The notes: a model not told the origin generated them from the letters alone. Positions 1 through 10,216 are shown, counted from the stretch's first letter. The stretch is 64,000 nucleotides of DNA from an uncultured archaeon (GCA_964441265.1 CAYYKJ010000003.1:96579-160578), one strand, 5' to 3'. Numbers and translations: made by a program.

Positions 1-1
1 G

Positions 2-1054
2 AAATCGAGGGCGGGAAAGAAGGAGGCGAGATCCCCATTCACCGGGCTGGTATGGAATAACCCGGCGGGAGAGGAGTTCAGCAAGGATATAGAGCATATG
101 GCCGTCAGGACCAGCCCGAATGTGCATCTGAACGCATATTTCAAGGGAGAACTCAAGGTCGGAAAACAATCTTTCTTCGTTGTTTTTGTCAAAAACGATT
201 CCGGTTCGGAGATAGGCAATGTCAGGCTCCACATCCATTTCCCGGTGGAAATAAAGGTCAAACCGATCACGGGATATTCGATGGAAAAGATAGGCCCGGG
301 CGAGGAGAAGGGATTCGTGTTCAAGGTGCTGCCCACCGCCCTGGAGAGGGTGATGCTGAAGCCCTCCATAACCTACGAGCTGGAGGGTAAGAATCACGAT
401 GAGGAAATAGAACCGTTCCTCATGAAAGACGCGCTCGAAATACCAGGAGACAAGGATGCGGGGAACGGCAAGCTGAAATCCGTTGACAGGAAAACGCTGG
501 AAAGGATGAAGAAGATCCGGGAGCAGAAAAGATACCTTGTGTCCCTTTTCGCCCCGGAAGAAATGAACGAGGTAGACTTCATAGATTCGGAAAAGGTGAT
601 GGCGTCTGTCAAGAAGGGCTTCTCCCTGAAGAACACCGGAATGAAGGATGTCCTTCCCGTCATAAGGGAGGAACTGAAGGGGATGTACATGGTCTCTTCC
701 CGCAGCTACGAGGATTCATCCCTTCTCATGTACTCGTGTAAAACAAAATCCTCCGGGGAGACCTACCTGCTGAAGGTGGTGGTCAAGGAGGAAGGGGGAC
801 TGGTTTTCGTGGCCCTCAGCATGTTTTCTGAGAAGGGGGAGGAACTCGAGGACATTATTTCCAAGATTTCCAGGATAATCGAGCACAGCATAAACGCCAT
901 GACCATGGCCACCGAAGTGGAGAACGTGGAGGTCAAGGAAACCATAAACATAATAGATTCCGTGGTCCAGAGATCAGAGATAGGCGGGAAGGAAAAATCA
1001 AAAGATAAAAAAATAAAATTAAAGGACTCAGTGGTACAGAAAACCGGACTGTAG
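2..1054 (+). CDS. Hypothetical protein, Ig-like beta-sandwich plus possible adaptin/COP appendage-platform-like domain; may be 5'-partial
   Basis: Track ORF 98..1054, but the frame is open back to base 2; beta-rich N-half, alpha/beta C-half, tail with repeated DSVVQ(R/K) motif. Confidence 0.6.
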   Translation, partial: KSRAGKKEARSPFTGLVWNNPAGEEFSKDIEHMAVRTSPNVHLNAYFKGELKVGKQSFFVVFVKNDSGSEIGNVRLHIHFPVEIKVKPITGYSMEKIGPGEEKGFVFKVLPTALERVMLKPSITYELEGKNHDEEIEPFLMKDALEIPGDKDAGNGKLKSVDRKTLERMKKIREQKRYLVSLFAPEEMNEVDFIDSEKVMASVKKGFSLKNTGMKDVLPVIREELKGMYMVSSRSYEDSSLLMYSCKTKSSGETYLLKVVVKEEGGLVFVALSMFSEKGEELEDIISKISRIIEHSINAMTMATEVENVEVKETINIIDSVVQRSEIGGKEKSKDKKIKLKDSVVQKTGL

Positions 1055-1056
1055 CC

Positions 1057-1335
1057 CTACTTCTTTTTCTTCTTCCTCTTCTTTTTGGGCTTTTCCTCTT
1101 CCTCTGAGAATTCCTTTTCCATCTTCAGTTCGTCCGCTTCAAGCCATACCACCAGCAATCCCACAAGTATCAGCATTATGGGAATGACTCCGGTCAGAAC
1201 TATTATGAAGTTGCCGAGCCAGTCAATTCCGAAAGTCCCTGTCGTTCCCGTGATGGGAACCACCGAATCAACGAAAAGCGCCAGACCAATCAGTACCAGG
1301 ATAAGCCCAATTATTATCTTAGCTGCCGCATGCAT
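1057..1335 (-). CDS. Small membrane protein (2 TM, acidic then basic tail)
   Basis: Two hydrophobic helices; GGTGA SD upstream; divergent from rpl15e. Confidence 0.7.
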   Translation of the reverse strand: MHAAAKIIIGLILVLIGLALFVDSVVPITGTTGTFGIDWLGNFIIVLTGVIPIMLILVGLLVVWLEADELKMEKEFSEEEEKPKKKRKKKKK

Positions 1336-1432
1336 CTTTTTTCACCTTTTTAGTATTTGACTTAATATTTAAAGTCTGTCAATTTAAACTTAAATACTTT
1401 ACACGACGTAAATTATTTAATTCGGTGAATAC

Positions 1433-1927
1433 ATGATAACAAAAATGAGAACGAAACCGTCCAAGGAATCCATGAAGTCGAGACTCATGGAATGGAGAAG
1501 GCAGAAGACCATCGAGAGGATAGAGGGACCTTCTAATCCCGCAAGGGCCAGGAGACTTGGATATAAGGCAAAGCAGGGATTCATCGTGGTGAGGTCGAGA
1601 ATAGTCAAGGGCAGGAGAAAGCGACCCAAGCCCACAGGAGGAAGGGTCCCCAAGAAGGCGGGAAGGTTCTTTCCTCCCGGGAAATCCAAGAAGCTCATGG
1701 CAGAGGAAAAGGCCTCCAGGAGATTCCCCAACATGGAGGTGCTGAACTCCTATCTGGCCGGCGAGGACGGGAACCACAAGTGGTTCGAGGTCATACTCGT
1801 AGACAGATCACACCCCTCCGTGAAGAAATCGAAAGAATCGGGATGGTTATCCGGGAAAAAGCATACCAGAAGAGTCCACAGGGGAAAGACCTCCGCGGGG
1901 AGAAAATCCCGCGGGCTGAAGAAGTGA
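1433..1927 (+). CDS. rpl15e: 50S ribosomal protein L15e
   Basis: RARRLGYKAKQG, EVLNSY..GEDG..KWFEVILVD, RG.TSAGRKSRGL motifs. Confidence 0.97.
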   Translation: MITKMRTKPSKESMKSRLMEWRRQKTIERIEGPSNPARARRLGYKAKQGFIVVRSRIVKGRRKRPKPTGGRVPKKAGRFFPPGKSKKLMAEEKASRRFPNMEVLNSYLAGEDGNHKWFEVILVDRSHPSVKKSKESGWLSGKKHTRRVHRGKTSAGRKSRGLKK

Positions 1928-2011
1928 CCAAGAGTATTTATTTTTATTATGAACTTCCATTCAATGGTTTTTATATGTATCCGATATTAAAATTCTCAAG
2001 AAGGGGTCTTC

Positions 2012-2698
2012 ATGAAAATCGTGTTCGATGTGGGGGGGTCCATACTCTGTCCCAAAGGGATTCCGGACGAGGAAACGATCTCCGGATACTCCAAACTCTT
2101 CCTTTCCCTGCTGGAAGAGGGCCACGAAATCGTGGTCGTGGTGGGGGGAGGAAAACTGGTGAAGGACTTCATCGCGGTCGCGGAGAAATTCTCGGATGAC
2201 AGGGATTTCCTGGACAACATAGGAATACAGGGAACCAGGCTGAATGCCATGGCTCTGGCCTCTTCACTGGGAGAGCACGTTTACAAGCGGCAGGTCCCGG
2301 ACATAGACACTCTGAAGAAAGTGGTCGGAATGAAAAAAATCGTGGTCATGGGCGGGCTGAAACCGAAACAGACCACAGACACGGTGGCCGTCCAGGCGGC
2401 TGAGGCCCTTTCCTCGGACCTGATAATAATAGGGACGGACGTTGACGGTGTATACGACAAGGATCCCAAGAAGCACAGGAGTGCAAAGATGTTCATAATG
2501 GTGGCCCCTTCCCAGATAGAGGAGATAATGAACGAGGAGAAATTCACCCCCGGTCATTCAGCGGTGATCGATCCAACGGCGGTGCGCATAATGAAAAGGA
2601 CGAAAATAAAGACGCTGGTCATGAACGGAAGGGACCTGGAAAACATGAGAAACGCGATCAGGGGAAGGGAGTTCCTCGGGACGACGATAGAGGGATGA
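2012..2698 (+). CDS. pyrH: UMP kinase (archaeal type)
   Basis: GGS, VVGGG, MGGLKPKQTTD, TDVDGVYDKDP motifs. Confidence 0.93.
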   Translation: MKIVFDVGGSILCPKGIPDEETISGYSKLFLSLLEEGHEIVVVVGGGKLVKDFIAVAEKFSDDRDFLDNIGIQGTRLNAMALASSLGEHVYKRQVPDIDTLKKVVGMKKIVVMGGLKPKQTTDTVAVQAAEALSSDLIIIGTDVDGVYDKDPKKHRSAKMFIMVAPSQIEEIMNEEKFTPGHSAVIDPTAVRIMKRTKIKTLVMNGRDLENMRNAIRGREFLGTTIEG

Positions 2699-2699
2699 T

Positions 2700-3029
2700 A
2701 TGTATCTGGTTGTGCTGACGACGTGCCCGGACAAGAAATGCGCGGAGAAAATTTCCGGGGAGATACTGGACCAGAGACTGGCCGCATGTTCGAACATCAT
2801 ACCCGGAGTAAAATCCCATTTCTGGTGGGGGAAGAAGAGGAAGAAGATACACTCCGCAGAAGAGGTCATGCTTTTGTTCAAGACAAACAAGCAGATGCTG
2901 AGAAAACTCGTAAGGGAGATAAAGAAGATTCATCCATACTCAGTACCCGAGGTGATAGCCCTCCCCATCGTCGGCGGCTCCAAGGAATACAGGCAGTGGA
3001 TAGGGGAAGAAACAGGGGAAGTTAAATAG
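2700..3029 (+). CDS. cutA: Divalent-cation tolerance protein CutA
   Basis: LAAC.NI, E..LLFKT, IHPYSVPEVIALPI..G..EY..W. Confidence 0.95.
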   Translation: MYLVVLTTCPDKKCAEKISGEILDQRLAACSNIIPGVKSHFWWGKKRKKIHSAEEVMLLFKTNKQMLRKLVREIKKIHPYSVPEVIALPIVGGSKEYRQWIGEETGEVK

Positions 3030-3049
3030 GTTCGGACAAAATTATTATT

Positions 3050-4759
3050 ATGCCATCGAATTCGGATGTCTTCGGAAAGGAAGTTCGTAAAATTCTCAGA
3101 AATCACATAAAAGCGAAAGAAATCACCCTGGAGAAGCCGGACCGCCCCGAGTTCGGGGACCTGGCCTTCCCCTGCTTCGCCCTATCGAGGGAGATGAAGA
3201 AGAGCCCCAAGGCAATAGCCGAGGAACTCTCGGAAAAGATAAAGCCCTCAGGGGCTGTCATGAAGGTGGAGCCCAGAGGAGGGTACCTGAACTTCTTCGC
3301 CGACTGGGGGAAGGCTTTCTCTGAAACGTACAAGGAGATCGAGAGGGATCCCGGTAATTTCGGTTCGGGCGGAAAGAATAAGGAGAATATTCTTATAGAA
3401 TACTCCGCGCCCAACACCAACAAGCCCCTCCATTTGGGCCATATCAGAAACAATTCTCTGGGGATGGCCATGGCCAACATACTCGAATTTTCCGGGTTTG
3501 AGGTGATTAAGGTAAACCTGGTGAACGACAGGGGTATACACATCTGCAAATCGATGCTGGCGTACATGCTCTTCGGGAAGGGAGAAACCCCCGAAAGCAA
3601 GGGAAAGAAGGGCGACCATTTCGTGGGGGATTATTACGTCCTCTACAACAAGAAGGCCAAGGAGGATCACTCCATGGAAGGCGAGGCAAAGGAGCTTCTC
3701 AGGAAATGGGAAGAGGGTGACAAAGAGGTGATGGAAATATGGGAGAAGATGAACTCATGGGCCGTCAAAGGTATGAAAGAAACGTACGAGGACTACGGAT
3801 GCGAGTTCGACAAGTGGTATTACGAGAGCAGGACCTACAAAAGGGGGAGGAAATTCGTGATGGAGGGCCTCCGGAAAGGCGTATTCAAAAGGGGTGAAAG
3901 AGGGGAGATTTACGTGGATCTCAGTAAGCAGGGTCTCGACAGGAAGATACTCATAAGGTCCGACGGGACGAGCGTCTACATGACCCAGGACCTAGGAACC
4001 ACCAGGATGAAGTATGACGATTACCATCCGGACAGGATGATATGGGTGGTGGCGAGCGAGCAGGATTATCATTTTGTCGTTCTCTTCAAGATACTGAAGA
4101 TGCTGGGTTATGGATGGTCAAAGAGATGTTACCACATGAGTTATGGGATGGTTTACCTGCCGGAAGGCAAGATGAAATCCAGGGAGGGCAAGGTGGTCGA
4201 TGCCGACGAACTTCTGGAGAATCTCACAAAAGAGGCGGCCGGAGAGATAGAGAAGAGGGGAGTGGTTACCGGTGAAGAGGATAAAGAAAATACCGCCAGG
4301 ACAATCTCCCTGGGGGCCATAAAATTCTACATACTCAAGACCAACCCGGTGAAGGATGTTTATTTCAACTCCAGCGAGTCCCTCTCCTTCGAGGGAGACA
4401 CCGGTCCTTTCGTCCAGTACTCCCACGCCAGGATAAGCAGCATACTAAAGAAATATACGGGGAAAATCAAAAATCCGGATTTCTCACTGCTTTCCTCCCC
4501 GGAAGAGAAGGAACTGATGGGAAAGGTCTCCTCATTTCCGGCTCTTGTCTCCCAGTCAGCGGAGAAATACAACCCGTCCTTCATAGCCAATTACCTGCTA
4601 GAGCTTGCCAGATCGTTCAACCGGTTCTACGAGAAACACCCCGTCCTAAAGGCGGATCATGGAGTTAAAGAGGCCAGACTGGCCCTCATAAAATCCGTCA
4701 GGACGGTGATCAGGAACGGCATGGGACTACTGGGAATAGAAGCGCCCGAAAGCATGTGA
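3050..4759 (+). CDS. argS: Arginine--tRNA ligase
   Basis: EYSAPNTNKPLHLGHIRN (HIGH-like), KMKSREG, FEGDTGPFVQY, GMGLLGIEAPESM end. Confidence 0.97.
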   Translation: MPSNSDVFGKEVRKILRNHIKAKEITLEKPDRPEFGDLAFPCFALSREMKKSPKAIAEELSEKIKPSGAVMKVEPRGGYLNFFADWGKAFSETYKEIERDPGNFGSGGKNKENILIEYSAPNTNKPLHLGHIRNNSLGMAMANILEFSGFEVIKVNLVNDRGIHICKSMLAYMLFGKGETPESKGKKGDHFVGDYYVLYNKKAKEDHSMEGEAKELLRKWEEGDKEVMEIWEKMNSWAVKGMKETYEDYGCEFDKWYYESRTYKRGRKFVMEGLRKGVFKRGERGEIYVDLSKQGLDRKILIRSDGTSVYMTQDLGTTRMKYDDYHPDRMIWVVASEQDYHFVVLFKILKMLGYGWSKRCYHMSYGMVYLPEGKMKSREGKVVDADELLENLTKEAAGEIEKRGVVTGEEDKENTARTISLGAIKFYILKTNPVKDVYFNSSESLSFEGDTGPFVQYSHARISSILKKYTGKIKNPDFSLLSSPEEKELMGKVSSFPALVSQSAEKYNPSFIANYLLELARSFNRFYEKHPVLKADHGVKEARLALIKSVRTVIRNGMGLLGIEAPESM

Positions 4760-4796
4760 GGGATGGATTTTTTAACCAGAGATCAAATTTTATCAC

Positions 4797-5606
4797 ATGG
4801 AACCCAGAATACCGGTGGTTTCAGGGGTCTTCTACCAGTCAGACCCGGAAAACCTGAGGGAATCACTCAGATCAATGTTCATGGACACCAAGCCGCTAGG
4901 AAATCTCGGCGTGATATCCCCCCATGCAGGCTACCCGTATTCGGGGAGGACGTCCGCCTTCTCCATCGCCTCGCTGAAGCCATCCAAGAGGTTCATCATA
5001 ATGGGCCCCAACCACAACCTTCTGGGGGAGGACATGGCAGTAATGTCATCAGGCAAATGGAGGACCCCGCTGGGAGAGGCGGTGGTAGATACCGGCATAG
5101 CGAAGGAGCTTCTGGAAAACGAGGTGGTGAAGGACGACCCTCTCGCTCACTCACGGGAACACTCAATCGAGGTCCAGCTCCCCTTCCTGCAGCAGAAATT
5201 CGGTAGTTTCAGTTTCGTTCCCCTGTCGATATCAGGGACGGACTATTCCGGGGATTTCCTTTCCAAATGCATGTCGGTGGGAAAGACCCTGTCCTCCATC
5301 GCCAGGGAGCATGACGCGAGGATAATCGCCTCCTCTGACTTCTCCCATTACATATCCCAAGAAGAGGCCAACGAGAAGGACGGAAAGGCGGTGGAAATGA
5401 TAAAGAAGCTCGATTTGAAGGGCCTCTTCAGAACCCTTGAATCGATAGATGCCTCGGTCTGCGGTTACGGGCCGATAGCCATACTCATGGCCACGGCGAA
5501 GGAACTCGGATGGAAAAAGATCGATGTGATCAACCGCTCGTCATCGGGAGACGTTGTCGGTGACAGGAGTTCCGTGGTGACATATTACTCGATCGGATTC
5601 AGGTGA
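4797..5606 (+). CDS. amrB: MEMO1 family protein (AmmeMemoRadiSam system protein B)
   Basis: PHAGY.YSG, GPNH, EHSIEVQLPFLQ, ASSDFSHY, CGYGP. Confidence 0.92.
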   Translation: MEPRIPVVSGVFYQSDPENLRESLRSMFMDTKPLGNLGVISPHAGYPYSGRTSAFSIASLKPSKRFIIMGPNHNLLGEDMAVMSSGKWRTPLGEAVVDTGIAKELLENEVVKDDPLAHSREHSIEVQLPFLQQKFGSFSFVPLSISGTDYSGDFLSKCMSVGKTLSSIAREHDARIIASSDFSHYISQEEANEKDGKAVEMIKKLDLKGLFRTLESIDASVCGYGPIAILMATAKELGWKKIDVINRSSSGDVVGDRSSVVTYYSIGFR

Positions 5607-5677
5607 TTATTCCATCTATCCGTCAGGAATTTGGTTTCCTTTGCTGTTTTCCTCACTATATCATTGTCTCCACAATC

Positions 5678-6073
5678 TCAATCCCTTCTCAGGGGGGTCT
5701 TCGGAGAATCCTTGGCCAGGAAGAGCCTCTTGGGGTTGGGATGGTTCCTCATATTGACCCCCAGCATCTCCATGACTTCCCTTTCGTACAGCTCCGCCCC
5801 CGGAAAGATTTTTGTGATGGTCTCTATCTCAGGGTTCCCCTTGGGAACTCGGGTTCTGAGATTTATCGCCTCGCCTTCCGATTCGGCATGGTATATGATC
5901 TCAATGTCTTCGCCCACATCCACTCCGCTTATGGTGATTATCCTGTAGACCCCTGAATCCCTGAGTGACTCCATTAATTCATTTATGTCCCCGCTGCTGA
6001 AATCGGCCCAGTATCCGTCTTCCTTTTTCTCGACATTATCTACCAGGTTTTTTAGGACTTTTTCCGCTTCCAT
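5678..6073 (-). CDS. Membrane-bound hydrogenase subunit MbhK / NuoC-like
   Basis: TISGVD, IYH, PGAELYEREVMEMLGV...HP.PKRLFL, PLRRD. Confidence 0.88.
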   Translation of the reverse strand: MEAEKVLKNLVDNVEKKEDGYWADFSSGDINELMESLRDSGVYRIITISGVDVGEDIEIIYHAESEGEAINLRTRVPKGNPEIETITKIFPGAELYEREVMEMLGVNMRNHPNPKRLFLAKDSPKTPLRRD

Positions 6074-8144
6074 CCTCTCCCTCCATCTTCTTGAGTATCT
6101 TGGTGACCCCGGATATTATGGCCTCCGGCTTTGGCGGACAGCCGGGAACGTACACGTCAACCGGTATGACCTTGTCAAGGGGTCCTGCAAAGTTGTAGGA
6201 ATCATAGAACACCCCTCCGGATATGGCGCAGGCGCCCACCGCCATCACGTACTTTGGGTCGGGAATCTGGTGGTATATGGTCAGAAGCCTGTCCTTCATC
6301 TTCTTCGTGACTATCCCCTCCACGACCAGTATGTCCGCGTGCCGGGGGGATCCCTTGGAAAGGATTCCGAACCTTTCCAAATCATATTTGGGGGTCAGGC
6401 TCGCAAGGATTTCGATAGAGCAGCCGTTGCAGTTCTTTACAACAAACATTCCTCCGGGTATGTAGGATTCGGTATCTTTAACGGAGATGTTATAAACAAG
6501 ATGGCTTCTGGAATCTTTATAATTAATTTCAGAAATCCGGTCGAGATAGTAATCATCATTAAGAATGTTTTCTGCGGCTTCGAAAATATTCTTCTTGGGG
6601 GAAATATCTTTCAAGGAATCGAATATCCTTGAAGCCGTCAAATGTTTCAACCTCTTCCCATTCTCCATGCCACTCATCACTGAGCCTTCATAAACTTCAG
6701 ACTGGTTGACGTTTAAGCTCTTTCTGACGTTCATGAGTTCCGAATTGCAGGACAAAGAAGAATAAGATAATGTCGACATATCGGCTATTTTTCTTTTGAC
6801 CTTTTTAGGATGTTTCATGGGCACTTTTTTCAAAAATCTCTCCAAATCAATTCTGGATACTATGCCAATTCTATACATGTTTTTTGTTCCGAAAGTGCTC
6901 TTGTTTCTAGATTTTATTATTTTTGTGGCTATTCCCAGTCTTTTGAAGAGGATGAATATCCTTTTCGCCGTTAGAAAATCAGAAGTTGTAATACCCACTT
7001 CATATCTGCCTCTTTTCAAAAAGGATATGTGACCGTCACCGTCAAAATAACCCGCCAAAAAACTTGAAATGTAGTTCTCCGGGAGGCCGAATATTCTCTT
7101 GAAATCCCCTCCTCCGATTTTGCCTATTCCGAAATATTTTATGATAAAAGCGAAAATGTTGCTATAAAAATAACTGATAGGAATACCCGAATTGTTGGAA
7201 ACACCATTGTTTATTTTTTTACCGGACAGGATTTTTTTTACCTTACTCGCGAAAGATTGCATAATTCTTTCTTCTTTGTTCGAGAAGACAATTTTATAGC
7301 TTCCCCTTCTTTTGGAATCACTTTTACACAAGGTCACGTGACCATCAGAAGCGATGAGACCCAAGACGTACATCAGATCCTCATTTATTTTGATGTCAGG
7401 AACAAACTCGAAACCTTTTGTCGTCAATTTTCTTATTTTGGTTTTCACCGAGTTCCAATCCTTCCCAGCATCTTCTGCGATAATCTTTAATTCCCCGAGA
7501 TTAAACATCCTCTTCTTATGGGAAAACCTGACAACGGGAATGCCCAGATCAGAAGAAGCTTCTTTGTATCCTCCGTGCTTTTCTATTATCCTGTTCTTAA
7601 TCAAATTCAGAGTCTTCTCATCGATGTTGGCGACTAAATGATGCGGCAACATGTCCATCAAATCCGGAATCTCCGATTTCACATTTATTTTCCGGGGACA
7701 AAAAAGAAAATCCGTTTTCTTGAGATTTTTGGCATTTATCCATTCTGGGCCTTCTGCTCTATCTACCATAACCTTGTGATCGGGGGTTAAAGTTATTGGT
7801 ATCCCTGTGCTCGTTTTTATCTCGATCAACTTCTCGGGGGATTTCAGCCTGTGTATGGCATATATTTTTTTTTCTTGCGGCATGAAATTCCCGAAAGAAA
7901 CAGTCTCCCCTTCCACTACCATGGATTCGATATCGACTTCACTCTGTATCAGTGTTTCTTTCCCAAAAGAGTCTATGAATTCCCCGATATTCACGATATT
8001 GTTGCCCACAATGACCTCCTCTTCAGGAGGAAGACATCCACCTGCGCCTAGGTGGAGAATCCAGGGGGATTTCCTCCTGCAGTAATTCGCAAGTCTCCTC
8101 AGAGGCGGTATTATCGGTCTCTGCTTTTGCGTCCCTACCATCAT
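6036..8144 (-). CDS. Membrane-bound [NiFe]-hydrogenase small subunit MbhJ / NuoB-like, intein-containing
   Basis: SPWILHLGAGG|CNGCSIE, SPRHADIL, GACAISGG, YVPGCPPKPE; start reassigned to ATG 8144 (GGTGA SD, ATGA overlap with upstream gene). Confidence 0.92.
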   Translation of the reverse strand: MMVGTQKQRPIIPPLRRLANYCRRKSPWILHLGAGGCLPPEEEVIVGNNIVNIGEFIDSFGKETLIQSEVDIESMVVEGETVSFGNFMPQEKKIYAIHRLKSPEKLIEIKTSTGIPITLTPDHKVMVDRAEGPEWINAKNLKKTDFLFCPRKINVKSEIPDLMDMLPHHLVANIDEKTLNLIKNRIIEKHGGYKEASSDLGIPVVRFSHKKRMFNLGELKIIAEDAGKDWNSVKTKIRKLTTKGFEFVPDIKINEDLMYVLGLIASDGHVTLCKSDSKRRGSYKIVFSNKEERIMQSFASKVKKILSGKKINNGVSNNSGIPISYFYSNIFAFIIKYFGIGKIGGGDFKRIFGLPENYISSFLAGYFDGDGHISFLKRGRYEVGITTSDFLTAKRIFILFKRLGIATKIIKSRNKSTFGTKNMYRIGIVSRIDLERFLKKVPMKHPKKVKRKIADMSTLSYSSLSCNSELMNVRKSLNVNQSEVYEGSVMSGMENGKRLKHLTASRIFDSLKDISPKKNIFEAAENILNDDYYLDRISEINYKDSRSHLVYNISVKDTESYIPGGMFVVKNCNGCSIEILASLTPKYDLERFGILSKGSPRHADILVVEGIVTKKMKDRLLTIYHQIPDPKYVMAVGACAISGGVFYDSYNFAGPLDKVIPVDVYVPGCPPKPEAIISGVTKILKKMEGEDGSGKSPKKPGR
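6432..8036 (-). mobile_element. Intein (535 aa) with LAGLIDADG homing endonuclease
   Basis: Starts CLPPEEEV, block B LTPDHKV, LGLIASDG and FLAGYFDGDG motifs, VYNISV...VVKN then +1 Cys; visibly more AT-rich than the flanks. Confidence 0.93.
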
Positions 8145-8437
8145 ATCACCAGTATCATGACCAAAATTATGGCCATCCCCACCACCATCCACAGCAGATA
8201 ATCGGAAACCCTTCCAGTATGGAATTCACGCAGTCTCCGGAGTCCGGTGTTTTCTATTATAGCCTGATAAAAATTGTCGGACCTCACGCTTATCTTTTTG
8301 AACGGCTCACCGCAGGTATAAGTGTCTTCCTTCCCCTCCTCGGACCTGAAAGACCTGTTGCCAAAAAGGTATATTACCAGCCCCAGGAAAAGGAACACGA
8401 AGAAAAAACCAATGAAAAGAGACCATTCCTCGAACAT
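8141..8437 (-). CDS. MbhI-like hydrogenase membrane subunit
   Basis: N- and C-terminal TM, YTCGE, HTG..SDYLLW motif; position between MbhH and MbhJ. Confidence 0.75.
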   Translation of the reverse strand: MFEEWSLFIGFFFVFLFLGLVIYLFGNRSFRSEEGKEDTYTCGEPFKKISVRSDNFYQAIIENTGLRRLREFHTGRVSDYLLWMVVGMAIILVMILVI

Positions 8438-8442
8438 TTAGA

Positions 8443-9858
8443 TCACCCGAACACGGCAATTATATATTGATTCTGGTTTAATAAAACGTTTGAAGCCGGT
8501 TCCACGAAGGCCATCGCTAGCTGGGGGAAGACCCCTATCACTATGCATAAAATCACGAGGATCAGCAGCGGTAAAACCATGAGCCAGGGGGTCTTTTTCT
8601 TTATCTCGACCTTCGGTGGTCCCAGGAATATGCAGGAGAACGCCTTCATGTAATAGGCGAGCGTGACAGCGGACACTATCACGGCCACTGCCGTGAGCGC
8701 GGGACTGACCCCCCAGGTGGACATGTATATCATCCACTTCGAGGCAAATCCGTTGAAGGGTGGCACTCCCGCGATGCTCAGCGCACCCACGCCGAAACAA
8801 AAGGCCACCAGAGGCAGCTTCTTCCCGAGTCCTCCGAGGCGGTTGAGATCCCTGATTCCGGTGTGATAAAGAACCACACCGAAGGAGAGGAAGAGCAGGC
8901 TTTTCAGGAGTATGTTGTTAACCAGATGGAAAATGCCCGCTGACACGCCCAGGGCACTGCCCATGCCCATGGCAAGGAAGACGTATCCGGTCTGGCTGAC
9001 AGTGGAGTAGGCGAGAAGCCTCTTGACGTCGCTCTGGATCACCGCCATCACGCCGCCAACCACCATGGTCACAAGGCCGAATATCACGAATATCCAGAAT
9101 ATGTCCATCACCCCGAACACGATGAAGGTGATCCTCATCATCATGTAGATTCCCGAACCGACTATGACGCTCGAGAGCAGGGCGGAAACCGGGGTGGTGG
9201 CAGCCGGGTGAACATCGGGGAGCCAGAAATGGAAGGGGACGATGGCTGATTTCAGGGCAAGACCGCCGATTATAAAGCCGAAAACCGCGAATGACAGGGG
9301 ACCCGGCGCCAGCCGGACGGCTATGTCCGCCATGTTCAGCGTTCCGGTGAGGCCGTAGAGAAGTCCTATACCCAGAAGGAAGAAGGAAGAGGAAAGCGAA
9401 CCGACCAGCAGGTATTTGAAAGCTGCCTCCGTAGCCTCCCTGTTAAGAAGGAAGGAGACGAGCGCATAGGAAGATATGGACATCAGCTCAAAGAAAACGT
9501 AGAGGTTGAACACGTCCCCTGTGAGGGAAATCCCCACCAGCCCTATGGTCAGGAGGCATATCAGAGTGTAATATCTGTGTCTCCTTTCCTTGACGTACCT
9601 GACAGAAAATATCGCGGAAAGGGAAGCTATGCCGGTCACCAGCAGGGACATAAGAAGGCCGAAATCGTCCAGAACCCAGACTATCCCGAAGGGTGGTTCC
9701 CAGCCCGAGAACTGATGCACCATGGTCAGTGGGCTGAAATACATGAACAAAAGTAAGAAGAATGAAAATACTATTGCAGATATGGCGATTATGTCCTTCT
9801 TGAGAACGAGGACTAAAAAAGCCGCCAGGAACAACACTCCTATCAGTATCGTGATCAT
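8443..9858 (-). CDS. Antiporter-like proton-pumping subunit MbhH / MnhD
   Basis: TGDVFNLYVFFE, AAFKY, PFHFWLPDVHPAA, KRLLAYSTVSQ, PPFNGFASKW. Confidence 0.93.
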   Translation of the reverse strand: MITILIGVLFLAAFLVLVLKKDIIAISAIVFSFFLLLFMYFSPLTMVHQFSGWEPPFGIVWVLDDFGLLMSLLVTGIASLSAIFSVRYVKERRHRYYTLICLLTIGLVGISLTGDVFNLYVFFELMSISSYALVSFLLNREATEAAFKYLLVGSLSSSFFLLGIGLLYGLTGTLNMADIAVRLAPGPLSFAVFGFIIGGLALKSAIVPFHFWLPDVHPAATTPVSALLSSVIVGSGIYMMMRITFIVFGVMDIFWIFVIFGLVTMVVGGVMAVIQSDVKRLLAYSTVSQTGYVFLAMGMGSALGVSAGIFHLVNNILLKSLLFLSFGVVLYHTGIRDLNRLGGLGKKLPLVAFCFGVGALSIAGVPPFNGFASKWMIYMSTWGVSPALTAVAVIVSAVTLAYYMKAFSCIFLGPPKVEIKKKTPWLMVLPLLILVILCIVIGVFPQLAMAFVEPASNVLLNQNQYIIAVFG

Positions 9859-9859
9859 T

Positions 9860-10213
9860 CTATCCTCTCAACTTGTTCATCTTGTCCGTGTCGAGCGTCC
9901 CGAAATGCCTGTAGGCGATCACGGAAAGCCCAAGTGCGAAAGCGGTTATGCTGAAGTTTATCACTATTGAAGTGAGCACCATGGCCTGGGGAACCGGATC
10001 GACGGAAAGCATGGCGAACACACCGATGTTATCCGGACTTATTATGGGCGGTATTCCGTTTTCCCTGAATCCCATGTTTATTATGAACAGGTGTATGGCG
10101 TCGGTGAATATCGCCAATCCCATTATCTTCTTTATCAGGTTAGGCCTGATTACCACGCAATATATGCCCAAAGCCATCATGAGGACGCATGTGAAATATA
10201 TTTCCGCTATCAT
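9860..10213 (-). CDS. MbhG / MnhC-like subunit
   Basis: NLIKKIMGL, DPVPQAMVLTSIVI. Confidence 0.9.
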   Translation of the reverse strand: MIAEIYFTCVLMMALGIYCVVIRPNLIKKIMGLAIFTDAIHLFIINMGFRENGIPPIISPDNIGVFAMLSVDPVPQAMVLTSIVINFSITAFALGLSVIAYRHFGTLDTDKMNKLRG

Positions 10214-10216
10214 AAT

